The translations under genes were made by a program, and so were the position numbers. This document shows, piece by piece, positions 61,201 through 64,000 of a stretch of 64,000 nt of DNA. The notes below the pieces were generated by a model. That model did no database searches, had not been told where the DNA came from, and worked only from the letters and a program-made list of their open reading frames with translations. Position 1 is the first letter of the stretch. Each line of letters begins with the position of its first letter. The stretch comes from Eledone cirrhosa (taxonomy: Eukaryota), in the NCBI GenBank assembly GCA_964016885.1, contig OZ024740.1:23436001-23500000 (forward strand), in the 5' to 3' direction.

Positions 61201-64000
61201 TTGTTGTTAGTGTTGTTGGTCGTGATGCTGTTTGCTGTCATTGTTGTTGGTGTTGTTGTTAGTGTTGTTGGTCGTGATGCTGTTTGCTGTCATTGTTGTT
61301 GGTGTTGTTGTTAGTGTTGTTGGTCGTGATGCTGTTTGCTGTCATTGTTGTTGGTGTTGTTGTTAGTGTTGTTGGTCGTGATGCTGTTTGCTGTCATTGT
61401 TGTTGGTGTTGTTGTTAGTGTTGTTGGTCGTGTTGCTGTTTGCTGTCATTGTTGTTGGTGTTGTTGTTAGTGTTGTTGGTCGTGATGCTGTTTGCTGTCA
61501 TTGTTGTTGGTGTTGTTGTTAGTGTTGTTGGTCGTGATGCTGTTTGCTGTCATTGTTGTTGGTGTTGTTGTTAGTGTTGTTGGTCGTGATGCTGTTTGCT
61601 GTCATTGTTGTTGGTGTTGTTGTTAGTGTTGTTGGTCGTGTTGCTGTTTGCTGTCATTGTTGTTGGTGTTGTTGTTAGTGTTGTTGGTCGTGATGCTGTT
61701 TGCTGTCATTGTTGTTGGTGTTGTTGTTAGTGTTGTTGGTCGTGTTGCTGTTTGCTGTCATTGTTGTTGGTGTTGTTGTTAGTGTTGTTGGTCGTGATGC
61801 TGTTTGCTGTCAATGTTGTTGGTGTTGTTGTTAGTGTTGTTGGTCGTGATGCTGTTTGCTGTCATTGTTGTTGGTGTTGTTGTTAGTGTTGTTGGTCGTG
61901 ATGCTGTTTGCTGTCATTGTTGTTGGTGTTGTTGTTAGTGTTGTTGGCCGTGATGCTGTTTGCTGTCATTGTTGTTGGTGTTATTGTTAGTGTTGTTGAT
62001 CGTGATGCTGTTTGCTGTCATTGTTGTTGGTGTTGTTAGTGTTGTTGGTCGTGATGATGTTTGCTGTCATTGTTGTTGGTGTTGTTGTTAGTCTTGTTGG
62101 TCGTGATGCTGTTTGCTGTCATTGTTGTTGGTGTTGTTGTTAGTGTTGTTGGTCGTGATGCTGTTTGCTGTCATTGTTGTTGGTGTTGTTAGTGTTGTTG
62201 GTCGTGATGCTGTTTGCTGTCATTGTTGTTGGTGTTGTTAGTGTTGTTGGTCGTGATGCTGTTTGCTGTCAATGTTGTTGGTGTTGTTGTTAGTGTTGTT
62301 GATCGTGATGCTGTTTGCTGTCATTGTTGTTGGTGTTGTTGTTAGTGTTGTTGATCGTGATGCTGTTTGCTGTCAATGTTGTTGGTGTCGTCGTTAGTGT
62401 TGTTGATCGTGATGCTGTTTGCTGTCATTGTTGTTGGTGTTGTTGTTAGTGTTGTTGGTCGTGATGCTGTTTGCTGTCATTGTTGTTGGTGTTGTTGTTA
62501 GTGTTGTTGATCGTGATGCTGTTTGCTGTCATTGTTGTTGGTGTTGTTGTTAGTGTTGTTGGTCGTGATGCTGTTTGCTGTCATCGTTGTTGGTGTTGTT
62601 GTTAGTGTTGTTGGTCGTGATGCTGTTTGCTGTCATTGTTGTTGGTGTTGTTGTTAGTGTTGTTGGTCGTGATGCTGTTTGCTGTCATTGTTGTTGGTGT
62701 TGTTGTTAGTGTTGTTGGTCGTGATGCTGTTTGATGTCATTGTTGTTGGTGTTGTTGTTAGTGTTGTTGGTCGTGATGCTGTTTGCTGTCATTGTTGTTG
62801 GTGTTGTTGTTAGTGTTGTTGGTCGTGATGCTGTTTGCTGTCATTGTTGTTGGTGTTGTTGTTAGTGTTGTTGGTCGTGATGCTGTTTGCTGTCATTGTT
62901 GTTGGTGTTGTTGTTAGTGTTGTTGGTCGTGATGCTGTTTGCTGTCATTGTTGTTGGTGTTGTTGTTAGTGTTGTTGGTCGTGATGCTGTTTGCTGTCAT
63001 TGTTGTTGGTGTTGTTGTTAGTGTTGTTGGTCGTGATGCTGTTTGCTGTCATTGTTGTTGGTGTTGTTGATAGTGTTGTTGGTCGTGATGCTGTTTGCTG
63101 TCATTGTTGTTGGTGTTGTTGTTAGTGTTGTTGGTCGTGATGCTGTTTGCTGTCATTGTTGTTGGTGTTGTTGTTAGTGTTGTTGGTCGTGATGCTGTTT
63201 GTGTCATTGTTGTTGGTGTTGTTGTTAGTGTTGTTGGTCGTGATGCTGTTTGCTGTCATTGTTGTTGGTGTTGTTGTTAGTGTTGTTGGTCGTGATGCTG
63301 TTTGCTGTCATTGTTGTTGGTGTTGTTGTTAGTGTTGTAGGTCGTGATGCTGTTTGCTGTCATTGTTGTTGGTGTTGTTGTTAGTGTTGTTGGTCGTGAT
63401 GCTGTTTGCTGTCATTGTTGTTGGTGTTGTTGTTAGTGTTGTTGGTCGTGATGCTGTTTGCTGTCATTGTTGTTGGTGTTGTTGTTAGTGTTGTTGGTCG
63501 TGTTGCTGTTTGCTCTCATTGTTGTTGGTGTTGTTGTTAGTGTTGTTGGTCGTGTTGCTGTTTGCTGTCATTGTTGTTGGTGTAATTGTTAGTGTTGTTG
63601 GTCGTGTTGCTGTTTGCTGTCAATGTTGTTGGTGTTGTTGTTAGTGTTGTTGGTCGTGATGCTGATTGCTGTCATTGTTGTTGGTGTTGTTGTTAGTGTT
63701 GTTGGTCGTGTTGCTGTTTGCTGTCATTGTTGTTGGTGTTGTTGTTAGTGTTGTTGGTCGTGTTGCTGTTTGCTGTCATTGTTGTTGGTGTAATTGTTAG
63801 TGTTGTTGGTCGTGTTGCTGTTTGCTGTCAATGTTGTTGGTGTTGTTGTTAGTGTTGTTGGTCGTGATGCTGTTTGCTGTCATTGTTGTTGGTGTTGTTG
63901 TTAGTGTTGTTGGTCGTGATGCTGTTTGCTGTCATTGTTGTTGGTGTTGTTGTTAGTGTTGTTGGTCGTGATGCTGTTTGCTGTCATTGTTGTTGGTGTT
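25272..64000. repeat. 52-bp satellite DNA, consensus G(A/G)TCGTGATGCTGTTTGCTGTCA(T/A)TGTTGTTGGTGTTGTTGTTAGTGTTGTT, about 740 copies, running off the window
   Basis: Uninterrupted single-orientation tandem array; copy number is estimated as length/52. Confidence 0.98.

Noticed and set aside
25272-64000. Satellite as a mucin-like or membrane repeat protein gene, a CRISPR array or a telomere
   Set aside because: The unit length is not a multiple of 3 and stops recur in every frame. There are no unique spacers or cas genes, and no TTAGGG-type repeat.

Overview
Eukaryotic, AT-rich, repeat-saturated DNA with no intact protein-coding gene. The SINE types and dense (TA)n/(CA)n/(GA)n tracts look cephalopod (Octopus-like); that assignment is inference. 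Bases 1-24 kb are a mosaic of small elements inserted into (TA)n microsatellites. About eleven sequence-distinct elements carry a recognisable minimal type I hammerhead ribozyme (HHR) motif, about 18 motif copies in total, some degenerate. Many have palindromic stem III and non-canonical cores (U3:A8, C4, U.U at 10.1/11.1, long stem II inserts). They are arranged as tandem arrays and fold-back inverted repeats, the architecture of Penelope-like element (PLE) pseudo-LTRs and non-LTR retrozymes. One frameshifted GIY-YIG endonuclease remnant of a PLE (Hydra-clade-like Cys motifs) with a 3' HHR lies at 22.3-23.5 kb. The window also holds tRNA-derived SINEs, a 5.8 kb 23/19-bp minisatellite (14.2-19.9 kb) and a >38 kb 52-bp GT-rich satellite (25.3 kb to the window end) with local higher-order repeats. 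All RNA folds were read by eye and none was computed.
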